Assembly (NCBI GenBank): GCA_029976065.1
Contig: JARKNV010000063.1
Coordinates: 6,600-70,599, forward strand
Origin: Selenomonadales bacterium
Lineage (GTDB): Bacteria; Bacillota; Negativicutes; Sporomusales; UBA7701
Direction: 5' to 3'
Length of the DNA stretch: 64,000 nt
The position numbers and the translations under genes were made by a program. Positions 49,248-58,704 of the stretch are shown one piece after another (within the stretch, counting starts at the first letter, position 1; every line of letters begins with the position of its first letter). Under the pieces are notes generated by a model. That model saw nothing but the letters and a program-made list of their open reading frames with translations. It was not told the DNA's origin and searched no databases.

Positions 49248-50321
49248 ATGCAATCAGGAACAATTACGATCAGGCGTTATAAATGGTGGCTTGCGGGTCT
49301 GCTCGCGGTGGTGGCGGCCGCGGCGGGCGCTTATTGCTACCAGCAGGCCGCGGTTCCCGCCGCAGAGGTTATCACGGCCGTCGTCGAGCGGGGCGACGTC
49401 AGGGCGGTGGTGTCTGCCACCGGCACTCTCAAGGCGGTGAACTCGGTGGACGTCAGTTCGCGAGTGACGGGCCTGATCAGCGAAGTCAAGGTGAAAGAGA
49501 ACGATATGGTTAAGGCCGGCCAGGTCCTGGTTGTCCTCGACGATACCAGTGCCAGGGCCCAGGTTGCCCAGTACCAGACTCAGGCGGCCAATTACGCCGC
49601 CATTTACGAACGAAGCAAAAAGCTGTTCGCCATCGGCGGCGAATCGACCCAGCAGCTCGACACCGACCGCACCAATTACCTTGTGGCCCAGGCCAACTAC
49701 GACAATTTCGCCACCCAGCTGGGGTATTACGTGATAACCTCGCCGATCGACGGCATGGTTGTCGGCAAGCCCACCCCGGCCGGACAGACGGTCGTGCAAG
49801 GCATTTCCGCCGCTCAGGTTCTCATGACGGTCGCTGATTTAAACGAGATGGAGATCAAGGTGCTCGTGGATGAGACGGATATCGGCAAGATCAAGACGGA
49901 CCAGGAGGTGTCATTCACCGTCGACGCCTATACCGACAGGACCTTCGCCGGCCGGGTGACCAGCGTGTCGCGGAGCGCCACCACCTCGTCGAACGTCATC
50001 TACTACCCGGTCTATGTGACGGTGACCGCGCCCCAGGATCTGCTCTTCCCGACGATGACCGCCAGGGTCACGATCATTGTCGGCGAGAGCAAGAACGTCC
50101 TTGTCGTGCCTTTGTCGGCGGTCAAGGAAGACAAGGGCCAGAAATACGCAACTGTGCTGGCGGACGGCAAGGAGGAGAGCAAAGCCGTCCGCGTCGGCCT
50201 GAGCGATGATGAGAAAGTCGAGATCACAAGCGGCCTGAGCGAGGGTGACCTTATCATCCTGCCGGCCGGCAAGCCGCGCGCCACGACTAATAAAAACCAG
50301 GATCCGCCGCCGCCCATTTAG
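49248..50321 (+). CDS. MacA-like periplasmic adaptor (paralogue of 20209-21306)
   Basis: VSATGTLKAVNSVDVSS, ITSPIDGMV, VDETDIGKI, FTVDAY. Confidence 0.93.
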   Translation: MQSGTITIRRYKWWLAGLLAVVAAAAGAYCYQQAAVPAAEVITAVVERGDVRAVVSATGTLKAVNSVDVSSRVTGLISEVKVKENDMVKAGQVLVVLDDTSARAQVAQYQTQAANYAAIYERSKKLFAIGGESTQQLDTDRTNYLVAQANYDNFATQLGYYVITSPIDGMVVGKPTPAGQTVVQGISAAQVLMTVADLNEMEIKVLVDETDIGKIKTDQEVSFTVDAYTDRTFAGRVTSVSRSATTSSNVIYYPVYVTVTAPQDLLFPTMTARVTIIVGESKNVLVVPLSAVKEDKGQKYATVLADGKEESKAVRVGLSDDEKVEITSGLSEGDLIILPAGKPRATTNKNQDPPPPI

Positions 50322-50381
50322 ATCGGGCCGGAGGAGCAGCGCAATGACAGGATTATCGCAATCGCGCGGGGGGGTGGAGAG

Positions 50382-51599
50382 TTGTTCCGGGAAAGCATAT
50401 TTATCGCTCTTGAGGGGCTGAAAACGAACAAACTCCGCTCCGCCCTCACCATGCTGGGCATCATTATCGGCGTTGCGGCCGTCATCACGATGGTTTCCCT
50501 GGGCCTGGGGATGCAGCAAAAAGTGCAGAGCTCGATCGCCAGCCTGGGCAGCAACCTGCTCGTCATCTCTCCGGGAGCCGCCCAGTCTCCCGGCGGCGTC
50601 AGGATGGCGTCCGGCTCCAACATAACACTGACAAACCAGGACGCCAAGGCGATCGTACGGGAGATCGGCGGCGTCAAATACGTGGCCCCCGCCGTTTCCG
50701 ACTCGTACCAGATCGTTTTCGGCAACCAGAACTGGAAGACGCGGGTACAGGGAACGACCACCGAATTTCTTATCATCCGCAGTTACAAGGTTGCCGCCGG
50801 CTCGTTCTTCAGCAGCCGCGACGAGACCACCCGCGCCCGGGTGGCCATCCTCGGGCAGACGGTGGTTACCAACCTGTTTGGCAGCATCAACCCGGTCGGG
50901 CAGACGATCCGCATCGGCCAGGCGCCTTTCCGGGTGATCGGCGTGCTGGCGGGCGTCGGTCAGTCGTCTATGGGGCAAGATCAGGACGATATCGTGCTTG
51001 TGCCGCTGTCGACCGCTCAGGAGCGCCTGATGGGGATAACTTATCTCCACAATATCAGCGTGCAGGTGGAAAGCGACAAGGTGATGGACAAGGCGCAGGC
51101 GACCATCACCGCCCTTCTGCGAACGCGCCACCGCCTGCCGGCCAACGTCGAGGACGATTTCACCGTGCGCAATCTGGCGGCTCTTATGAGCACCATGAAG
51201 GAAACCACCGGCAACATTACCGCGTTCCTCGGCGGTATCGCCGCCATCTCCCTCATCGTCGGCGGCATCGGCATAATGAACATCATGCTCGTCTCCGTCA
51301 CCGAACGGACGCGGGAAATCGGCATCAGGAAGGCGCTGGGTGCCACCTTCGCCAACATCCTTACCCAGTTTCTCATCGAGGCGATCATCATCAGTCTGAC
51401 CGGCGGCCTGGCCGGCATCGCCCTCGGCGTTGCCCTTGCCAGCCTAGTCTCGAGCTTCATCGGCTGGAAAACGGTGATTTCCTGGGGCGCCATCCTGGCA
51501 GCCTTCGGGGTATCGTTGTCGATCGGCCTGTTCTTCGGGCTGTACCCGGCCCGCAAGGCGGCGCTGCTTGATCCGATCGAGGCGCTGAGGTACGAATAG
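50382..51599 (+). CDS. MacB/FtsX-type ABC permease with no adjacent ATPase
   Basis: LRSALTMLGIIIGV, VGGIGIMNIMLVSVTERTREIGIRKALGA, LDPIEALRYE. Confidence 0.95.
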   Translation: MFRESIFIALEGLKTNKLRSALTMLGIIIGVAAVITMVSLGLGMQQKVQSSIASLGSNLLVISPGAAQSPGGVRMASGSNITLTNQDAKAIVREIGGVKYVAPAVSDSYQIVFGNQNWKTRVQGTTTEFLIIRSYKVAAGSFFSSRDETTRARVAILGQTVVTNLFGSINPVGQTIRIGQAPFRVIGVLAGVGQSSMGQDQDDIVLVPLSTAQERLMGITYLHNISVQVESDKVMDKAQATITALLRTRHRLPANVEDDFTVRNLAALMSTMKETTGNITAFLGGIAAISLIVGGIGIMNIMLVSVTERTREIGIRKALGATFANILTQFLIEAIIISLTGGLAGIALGVALASLVSSFIGWKTVISWGAILAAFGVSLSIGLFFGLYPARKAALLDPIEALRYE

Positions 51600-51621
51600 G
51601 GGCAACCTGGCTTAATAACGG

Positions 51622-51654
51622 CAAAGCCGCCCGAAATGTTTCAGGGCGGCTTTG
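51622..51654. terminator. Bidirectional terminator
   Basis: CAAAGCCGCCC...GGGCGGCTTTG between convergent genes. Confidence 0.8.
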
Positions 51655-51661
51655 TCGCGAC

Positions 51662-53035
51662 TTATAAAAGGTATTGCATGATCAGCAGAACGACCAGTCC
51701 TTCCACCAGGAGAACGGCGGCGAACGGTCCGTTCCACCTGAAAGCCACCTCGGCCGGAGTACTGCCTGTCAGGCTTGCGAGGATGATGACCGTGCCGGTG
51801 AAGGGCGACGCCACATAGGAAAGCGCCCCGCCCAGCAGCAGGGCGAAAGCTATCAGGATGTCCTGATGGGGTATGCTGAGGGCGGCGGTGAGGATCTTCC
51901 CCAAAACCATGAGCGAGACGAAGGGGTGGACGCCGGTGCACGATATCAGCAGCAGGCAGGGCGGCACGAGAAACAGGAGGTACCTGCCCGCCGCGCCGAT
52001 ATCGAGGCCGGCGAAAAACGCGGCCAGCAGCCCGGACCGGTCGGCCGCTTCCGAGAAAATGCCCATCGCGATAAACAGTGCCGCCAGGCCCGGCATGCCG
52101 TCAAGCGCCTTCCCCCAGAACCCCCGCCAGGCCTCCTTCAGGCCCGGCCGGCGGCAATACCGCGCTATCCACAAACAGGCGACGATAAGGCAGGCGGCCA
52201 ATATCCGCGTCGAGTTCGTCAAAACACCGGCCTGTTCCATGACGGCGATCAGGGCGATCATCGCGGCGGCCGCGCCGAGCAGCGCGCCGACGCTCCCCGT
52301 TCCTTCCCTGCCGGCGGTTTCCTCCGCGGCGGCGGCCTGTCCGCCGTCCCCGCCGGTCAGCAGCTTTTTCTCCAGCAGGGCGGAGGTAATGAGCCCCAGC
52401 ACCGCCAGGCCGGACGTGGCGGCAAAGATGCCGAACCACTGCGCCCCCGTGGCCTGCATGGTGAGCATTACGCTGGCCGCGCCCGGCGCCCACACGGTCG
52501 AGAGGGCGAAGCCCCTGGCCTCGGCCGTGGCGATAAACCGCTTGTAGTCGGCGACTGTGTTCCTGATGCTGCCGTGGAAGATGGAAAAGACCAGCGGCAC
52601 GGAGCCCAGGCTCAAGAGCGCGCCCAGCAGATGGGTCAAAATGTGCAGGAACATATACAGCGAACCGGCGCTTTGGAAGCGCTCCCGCAGGTATTGCCGC
52701 AGAAACCGGTCGTAGCGGCCGACGGTGAGCGGGATGATGAAAATCTGCAGAACCGCCACGATAGCGACGATGGGCAGCATCGACTTCACCCCGGCGGCCA
52801 GCGCCGCGGGCGGCAGGCGGAACTGCCAGGCGAGCAGGGCCGACAGCGCCAGGAAAAGGTAGACCGGCTTCTTGTAGGCGCCCTCCAGGCAGGGCAGCGC
52901 GCTCGCCAGAATGACCGCTCCGGCGGCAAGCTGGACCGGGGCGAACAAGGCCGGATAAAGCGGCGTAACCAGCAGCAACCCAGCCAGGCCGAGAATCGCC
53001 GTTTTGCAGATTGTTTTAATGGCGGCAAGCGTCAT
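51662..53035 (-). CDS. Polytopic membrane protein, putative ion-transporter-superfamily permease
   Basis: About 12 hydrophobic segments; RGFAL...WAPG, GVHPFV, SPFTGT; likely start MTLAAIK at 53035. Confidence 0.8.
   Translation of the reverse strand: MTLAAIKTICKTAILGLAGLLLVTPLYPALFAPVQLAAGAVILASALPCLEGAYKKPVYLFLALSALLAWQFRLPPAALAAGVKSMLPIVAIVAVLQIFIIPLTVGRYDRFLRQYLRERFQSAGSLYMFLHILTHLLGALLSLGSVPLVFSIFHGSIRNTVADYKRFIATAEARGFALSTVWAPGAASVMLTMQATGAQWFGIFAATSGLAVLGLITSALLEKKLLTGGDGGQAAAAEETAGREGTGSVGALLGAAAAMIALIAVMEQAGVLTNSTRILAACLIVACLWIARYCRRPGLKEAWRGFWGKALDGMPGLAALFIAMGIFSEAADRSGLLAAFFAGLDIGAAGRYLLFLVPPCLLLISCTGVHPFVSLMVLGKILTAALSIPHQDILIAFALLLGGALSYVASPFTGTVIILASLTGSTPAEVAFRWNGPFAAVLLVEGLVVLLIMQYLL
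51690..51759. repeat. Right copy of the diverged direct repeat, inside the 3' end of the membrane-protein gene
   Basis: Aligns to 46301-46370 at offset 5389. Confidence 0.9.
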
Positions 53036-53369
53036 CTTCAGCCGTCTCCGTTCGCGTGAACCGCAATATTCCCGAGAAACGGAACCGCCCGGTCGTTCCT
53101 GCGGCGGAAACAGCCGGGCAGTCAGGGACCGCGGGTAACGCCGGGCAACTGTTCTCTTTTCCTTCTTCTCCTTAAGGGGAAAAAATCCTGTGCCTGCGGG
53201 GCAAAAAACGCCCTGCAGGCACAGCGACCGGGGCAGGAAAATAGAAAAACTTGGCGCCGCCAAGCCTTTCGGCACAGGCGAGCATAGTTGCACTTATGTC
53301 TGTCAGAAAGTTTATACTTGCTGACAGACCAAAAAAGCGCCGCCGTCGCCGGCGGTGCTTCTCAGTGCA

Positions 53370-53762
53370 CTAGGACAAATACCCTTTGGCGCTGCGGCCC
53401 TGTTTGGCCAGATAGTCCAAAATGGCCAAATGCAGCGCGCTGACGCTCAACTCGGGACAATGACGCTTCTCGTCCGGCAACCCGCCGAGGGCGGCGATTA
53501 CGTCTTCCTCGGTAAGCTTTAGCGCCTCCGCGATGCTCTTGCCCTTGGCAAGCATCGTGGTCATGCTGCCGGAAGCAATGGCCGCCCCGCAGCCGTAGCC
53601 GAGAAAACTGACATCACAGATATAATCCCCGCTGACGCGGATGAACATCGTGAATTTGTCCCCGCATTCCGCGTCGAATTCGCAGGCCACTCCGTCCGCG
53701 TCCGCCATGTGCCAGGCATTGCGCGGCATCATATAGTGTTCCATCACTTTCTCGGAATACAT
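53370..53762 (-). CDS. IscU/NifU N-terminal-type Fe-S scaffold protein
   Basis: MYSEKVMEH...PRN, ECGD, GCGAAIASGS, GGLPDEKRHC. Confidence 0.9.
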   Translation of the reverse strand: MYSEKVMEHYMMPRNAWHMADADGVACEFDAECGDKFTMFIRVSGDYICDVSFLGYGCGAAIASGSMTTMLAKGKSIAEALKLTEEDVIAALGGLPDEKRHCPELSVSALHLAILDYLAKQGRSAKGYLS

Positions 53763-53856
53763 AGCATCCCTCCCCATATCAGTATATACGAGGGAAAACA
53801 AAGATTTCCTCTCAGCCGCTATGTATACACGCCGCCAGCGTCGAGGCGGCCGCTTT

Positions 53857-55119
53857 CTACGACAGCATCTCTCGCAGCAGCATGACGTTGAGCACCGTCA
53901 CCGTAACGCCGATGAGCGCCAAAACGACCTTCTGAAAGCGGGAGTTGGCATACTTACCCATCACTTTCGCCGACGAGGTCAGGTATATCTGCAGAAAGAT
54001 CGTCAGGGGAAGCTGTATGCTCAGGGCAACCTGCGAATAAATCAGCCCCTGGAAGGAATCGTCGATAAACAGCAGCACGGCGAGCGCCAGCCCGTAGGTG
54101 AGCGCCACCCCCAGCCAGGAATGCCTGTCCTTGATGTCATACGGTTCCCGGAATATACCGGCGAAGATACTGCCCCCGGCCATACCGGCGGTCGTCGTGG
54201 AGGCGATGCCCGAGAAAAGCAGCGCCAGGGCGAAAACCAGCGCCGCCCCCGGCCCCAGCAGCGGCCGGAGCATGCTCTCGGCCTGCTGCAGTTCGCTTAC
54301 CGGCACCTGATTGACAAAAAACACGGCGGCGGCGACGATGATCATCGCGCTGTTGATCGCCCAACCGATGCCCATCGACAGCAAGGTATCGAGAAATTCG
54401 TACCTTAGCTGCCGCTTTATGGTCCGTTCGTCCTCCAGGTTCCACTGGCGGCTTTGGATGATCTCGGAGTGCAGGAACAGGTTATGGGGCATGACAACCG
54501 CTCCCAGCACCCCCATCACCACGGTAACCGCCCCTGCCGGCAGCGCCGGCGTCGTCCAGTTCACAGCCGCCTGCGGCCATTCTACGCCCACCAGGATCAA
54601 TTCGTAGATAAACGATACCCCGATCAGGGACACAAACCCGATAATCATTTTTTCGAGCTTCCGGTAAGAGTTGGACCACAGCAGCCAGGCGCACAGCAAC
54701 GACGTCAGCGCCGCAGCCGGCTTCAGCGGGATATGGAAAAGCATATTCAGCGCGATGGCCCCGCCGAGAATCTCGGCCATGGCGGTGGCAACCGCCGCAC
54801 CAACCGCCGTCAGCAGAACGGCGCGCGACAGCCACGGCCGCAAATGCACACTGGCTGCTTCCGACAGGCACAAGCCTGTTACGATCCCCAGATGGGCCGC
54901 ATTGTGCTGGAGAACAATCAGCATGACCGTCGACAGGGTGACAACCCACAACAAAGCATAGCCGTAGCTTGCGCCGGCGGCCATGTTGGTCGCCCAGTTG
55001 CCCGGGTCGATGAAACCTACGGTGACCAATATTCCCGGACCGATGTAGCGCAGAATGCGCCGGGCCTGCATATTGATCCCATGCCGTTCCCGAAAAAATT
55101 TCGCCAATGTCTTAAGCAT
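53857..55119 (-). CDS. NRAMP family divalent metal transporter
   Basis: GFIDPGNWATN, GAVVMPHNLFLHS, SQVALSIQLP. Confidence 0.93.
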   Translation of the reverse strand: MLKTLAKFFRERHGINMQARRILRYIGPGILVTVGFIDPGNWATNMAAGASYGYALLWVVTLSTVMLIVLQHNAAHLGIVTGLCLSEAASVHLRPWLSRAVLLTAVGAAVATAMAEILGGAIALNMLFHIPLKPAAALTSLLCAWLLWSNSYRKLEKMIIGFVSLIGVSFIYELILVGVEWPQAAVNWTTPALPAGAVTVVMGVLGAVVMPHNLFLHSEIIQSRQWNLEDERTIKRQLRYEFLDTLLSMGIGWAINSAMIIVAAAVFFVNQVPVSELQQAESMLRPLLGPGAALVFALALLFSGIASTTTAGMAGGSIFAGIFREPYDIKDRHSWLGVALTYGLALAVLLFIDDSFQGLIYSQVALSIQLPLTIFLQIYLTSSAKVMGKYANSRFQKVVLALIGVTVTVLNVMLLREMLS

Positions 55120-55300
55120 CTTTTACCCGCCTGTCGTTGACTATAATCTACACGTATTCTCCACAGAATATTTTTATCCCTCTTTGCGCCCTCTATCTTC
55201 CCTTTACTGACGGCGCAAAATCGCTATTTATCAGGACCGGCCGCTCTGGTATACTTGTCTTGTCGGAAAGACCAATACGCCGTTGCCGAAAGGAATGCCG

Positions 55301-55906
55301 ATGCCTTACTTTGCATATGGCCAAAGAGAAATCGACCATCTGAAGAAAAAAGACAAAAAACTGGGGGTGGCGATAGACCGTATCGGGTTTATCGAGCGCG
55401 CCACGAAGCCCGATGTCTTTACGGCGATGGTGGACAGCATCATCAGTCAGCAGATTTCCAGCAAGGCGGCCGATACGGTACTGGAACGGCTGCGCGTTTT
55501 GCTCGGCGGCATTACGGCCGAGGAAATCGCCGTGGCGGATATTGGCCGGATTCAGCAATGCGGCATGACGATGAGGAAGGCGGGCTATATCAAGAACCTC
55601 GCCCACTTGGTCATGAACCGCTCGCTTGATTTGGCCGAACTGCCGTCGCTGCCTGACGACGAAGTCGTAAAACGGCTGGTCAGGATCGACGGCATCGGCG
55701 TATGGACGGCCGAAATGCTGCTCCTGTTCGCCCTCGGCCGCCCGGACGTATTGAGCTACGGCGACCTTGCCATCCGCAGGGGCATGATGAAGCTTTACGG
55801 CTTGAAGGACCTGCCGAAGGAAAAATTCGAACGCTACAGGAAACGTTACTCCCCGTACGGATCGGTTGCCTCGCTCTATTTATGGCGGCTGGCCGTGACG
55901 GAATGA
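55301..55906 (+). CDS. alkA: DNA-3-methyladenine glycosylase II (AlkA family, HhH-GPD)
   Basis: IISQQIS, IDGIGVWTAEM, RPDVL..GDL, YSPYGSVASLYLW. Confidence 0.92.
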   Translation: MPYFAYGQREIDHLKKKDKKLGVAIDRIGFIERATKPDVFTAMVDSIISQQISSKAADTVLERLRVLLGGITAEEIAVADIGRIQQCGMTMRKAGYIKNLAHLVMNRSLDLAELPSLPDDEVVKRLVRIDGIGVWTAEMLLLFALGRPDVLSYGDLAIRRGMMKLYGLKDLPKEKFERYRKRYSPYGSVASLYLWRLAVTE

Positions 55907-55997
55907 TGATAAATTAGCGGATACCTCTGTCGAAAAAAGAACCGTCCCGGATTTACTCCGGAGCGGTTCTTGCCGTCAAGGGCCGGCGCGGACCTAG

Positions 55998-57290
55998 TCA
56001 ACGAAAATTGCATTGCTCCACCGAATCCAGGTTGCCGGAATTGACGTAGATCGGACAGGCCTGAACCCGGAAGGCGCTTATATTGGCGAAAAAGTATGCC
56101 GCCCCGCAAAGGCACGCCACCCCGCAGGCCAACAGCGTATAGGCAGTGCCGATGCTTTGGGCCAAGCCTCCGGCCAGCAGGCTGCCGACCGGTCCGATCC
56201 CCATGACTGTCATGGTGTAGAAACTCATTACCCTGGCCCGCATCGCGTCATCCACCATGCACTGGAGAAGCGTGCTGCCGCCTACGATAGCGAAAATCAG
56301 CCCGAGCCCGATCACCGCCATGGCAACAAGCGATACATGAACGGCGGCGGTAAACGCGAGCAGCATCATACCCGCGCCGATCAGGGCGCCCGCGATTGCC
56401 AGCAGCTTCTCCAGCCCCTGGAACGAGGCGCGGGCCGCGAGAAACATCGCCCCGACAAGCGACCCCAGCCCCGCGACCGCCATGAGCAGCCCGAGTTGCT
56501 CGGCGCCAGAATGCAGGTTTTGGGTCACGTATATCGGCAGCAGGACAATATACGGCGTCCCCATCAGGCTTACTACTCCGAGCAGCATGAGGACGAGCTT
56601 GAGCGGAAACTGTCCAAACGTATAACGGTATCCCTGTTTGAAGCAGGCGAAGAAATTTTCCCGCTGGCGGGAAGCCGCGAGTATTCGCGGGCGCAGCGAC
56701 ACGAGCGATAAAACGGCGAAAAAATAGCCGATGGTATTGAGGAGAAAGCACACGCCCTCGCCCACCGACGGGATGAGCACGCCAGCGACGGACGGGCCGA
56801 CAAAGCGGGCGATGTTGTACGAAATCGAATTAAGGGCTATGGCGTTCGTTTTGTCGTCCTTATTGTCGATAAGTTCGGCGGTTATTGCGTGGCGGGCCGG
56901 CACGTCGAAGGCATTGACGCAGCCCAGGACAAGGCTTAGCGCCAATAAGTGCCAGGTCGCAAGCAGCTGATTGAACGTTAACAGCGTTAAGACGCCTGCT
57001 TGGATAAAGCTCAGCGATTGAGTTATAACAAGTACTTTCTGTTTCGGCCACCGGTCGACCAGGACGCCGGCGACCGGCGAGAGGAAAAAATTCGGTATCT
57101 GACTCAAAAAGGCGATGACGCCCAGCATCCACCCCGAGCCGGTCAGCTGAAAAACCAGCCAGCTCATGGCGATGTTCTGCGCCCAAGTTCCGATGGCCGA
57201 GACCCCTTGCCCCACAAAAAAGCGGCGGTAATTTCCGTTCTTCAATGCCCGCCATAAACGGGACAAGTCTTTGCTTTGCTCGTAAGACAC
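55998..57290 (-). CDS. MFS transporter (EntS/DHA3-like)
   Basis: NYRRFFVGQ, AGVLVDRW, AFDVPAR, NAIALNS, MRARVMS; TTGACA-N17-TAAAAT promoter at 57379-57351. Confidence 0.92.
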   Translation of the reverse strand: MSYEQSKDLSRLWRALKNGNYRRFFVGQGVSAIGTWAQNIAMSWLVFQLTGSGWMLGVIAFLSQIPNFFLSPVAGVLVDRWPKQKVLVITQSLSFIQAGVLTLLTFNQLLATWHLLALSLVLGCVNAFDVPARHAITAELIDNKDDKTNAIALNSISYNIARFVGPSVAGVLIPSVGEGVCFLLNTIGYFFAVLSLVSLRPRILAASRQRENFFACFKQGYRYTFGQFPLKLVLMLLGVVSLMGTPYIVLLPIYVTQNLHSGAEQLGLLMAVAGLGSLVGAMFLAARASFQGLEKLLAIAGALIGAGMMLLAFTAAVHVSLVAMAVIGLGLIFAIVGGSTLLQCMVDDAMRARVMSFYTMTVMGIGPVGSLLAGGLAQSIGTAYTLLACGVACLCGAAYFFANISAFRVQACPIYVNSGNLDSVEQCNFR

Positions 57291-57505
57291 TCAGGTTTCC
57301 TCCAGTTCCCGCGAAAAAGCGCTGCTGATCATTGATGAGCACAATATATAATTTTAACGTATAACCCAAAAGGTGTCAATTTGTGGATTTGATGAAACTC
57401 ATCGACTGCACGGCTGGACATTATAACCGTTATTTGGTAAAATATGGTAGAAGATCGTTTGTTTTCACAGCTAAACTATACAAAATGCAAAATAAGGAAG
57501 ATTTC

Positions 57506-57709
57506 ATGTTTATTATTTTAAGGGAAGACAATATAGTTCCGGCGATATACCGGGCGAAGGACTGCCCGGAGTGTCAGCGTTTGCGCCATAATTGCTTCCT
57601 AAGCCCCCTCACCGGCAGCCCCTTGCCCTACAGTGGGAAGCTTCTGACGGCCTGCCCTTACTATCGGGGCCGACAAAAACACCTTGTTAAGCAGATAACG
57701 CTTTGGTAG
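57506..57709 (+). CDS. Putative small Cys-containing protein (67 aa)
   Basis: AAGGA RBS, CPEC...C...CP, followed by a hairpin; fills an otherwise empty gap. Confidence 0.45.
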   Translation: MFIILREDNIVPAIYRAKDCPECQRLRHNCFLSPLTGSPLPYSGKLLTACPYYRGRQKHLVKQITLW

Positions 57710-57827
57710 TGATATTACAAAAAATGCCACCCCGGGAACCGGTCCTGGGGTGGCTTAATTATACGACATTAATATTCCATTTCGCAGGAGTGCCGACGGG
57801 CATTTTAGCTAAAGCCCTGCTGTTTGG

Positions 57828-58676
57828 TCAGTCATCCACCTCGATGACGGTGCCGACGAAAGCGGGGATAAATTTCCTGCCGAAGCTTGCTTTGAGCTCT
57901 GCCATCATATCAAAGCCGGTACAGTGATTGGCGGCGATAAAGTCCGGCCGGCTTTCTCGCAGCAACGACATGGTGGCGTCCTGCTGCTCCTTGCTCACCG
58001 GACCCAGGTGGGTGCCGCCGATCCAGCCGGCCAGCCGCTTGGCGCCGGTCAGCTCAAGCCCGCGCTTTACCGTGTTGACCAGGCCGGAGTGGGTGCAGCC
58101 GCCGATGACGACCAAGCCGTTTTTGCCGGCATAATACAGCGAAGTATCGTCCAGGATGCTATCCTGGCAATCGCAGCCATGCGTATCGGGAATGACCAAT
58201 CTGTCATCCCCATGTTCGAAGCCGGTGACGCGGGGCATGCCGCCGCTGAACCACAAGCCGGGAACAATCTCCCGCGGTTCGTCGGCAAGCAGCCATTCGG
58301 CGCCAAGCAAATCGGCCTCTTCTTTTGCGAACGGCAGACCGATGTACGACCGGCTGCCGCCGGCGACAGAATACCGTTTAGCGAATATGCGGCTGTGGGC
58401 GAATATCGGGATTGGCTGACGGCGATGGCGGAGAACATGGACGAGGCCGCCCGTGTGGTCATAATGCCCATGGCTTATGGCGATAGCGTCGAGGTCACGG
58501 CTGTGGACGCCAAGCAGGCTGAGATTGTGAACCACCGCTTCAGATTGTCCGGAATCCAGCAGTATTTTTTTCGTCCCTGTCTCAATCAGCATCGACAGGC
58601 CGTGTTCCCCGAGAAAAGGGCTCTTGGCGCTTATGGGAACCATATTATCGACAACAACCGTTACTTTCATAGCCAT
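57828..58676 (-). CDS. MBL-fold metallo-hydrolase
   Basis: GEHGLS, LLDSG, SHGHYDHTGG, GGCTHSG, IGGTHL, NHCTG. Confidence 0.93.
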   Translation of the reverse strand: MAMKVTVVVDNMVPISAKSPFLGEHGLSMLIETGTKKILLDSGQSEAVVHNLSLLGVHSRDLDAIAISHGHYDHTGGLVHVLRHRRQPIPIFAHSRIFAKRYSVAGGSRSYIGLPFAKEEADLLGAEWLLADEPREIVPGLWFSGGMPRVTGFEHGDDRLVIPDTHGCDCQDSILDDTSLYYAGKNGLVVIGGCTHSGLVNTVKRGLELTGAKRLAGWIGGTHLGPVSKEQQDATMSLLRESRPDFIAANHCTGFDMMAELKASFGRKFIPAFVGTVIEVDD

Positions 58677-58704
58677 GATCCTCCCCCAGAAAATTGACGG
58701 CCGA

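Noticed and set aside
53036-53293. 86-codon N-terminal extension of the membrane protein in the ORF track
   Set aside because: Spans hairpins and low-complexity sequence; the hydrophobic protein begins at 53035.
55120-55300. Mn2+ (yybP-ykoY) or Mg2+ (M-box) riboswitch before NRAMP
   Set aside because: Conserved aptamer motifs not found in this short divergent intergenic region.
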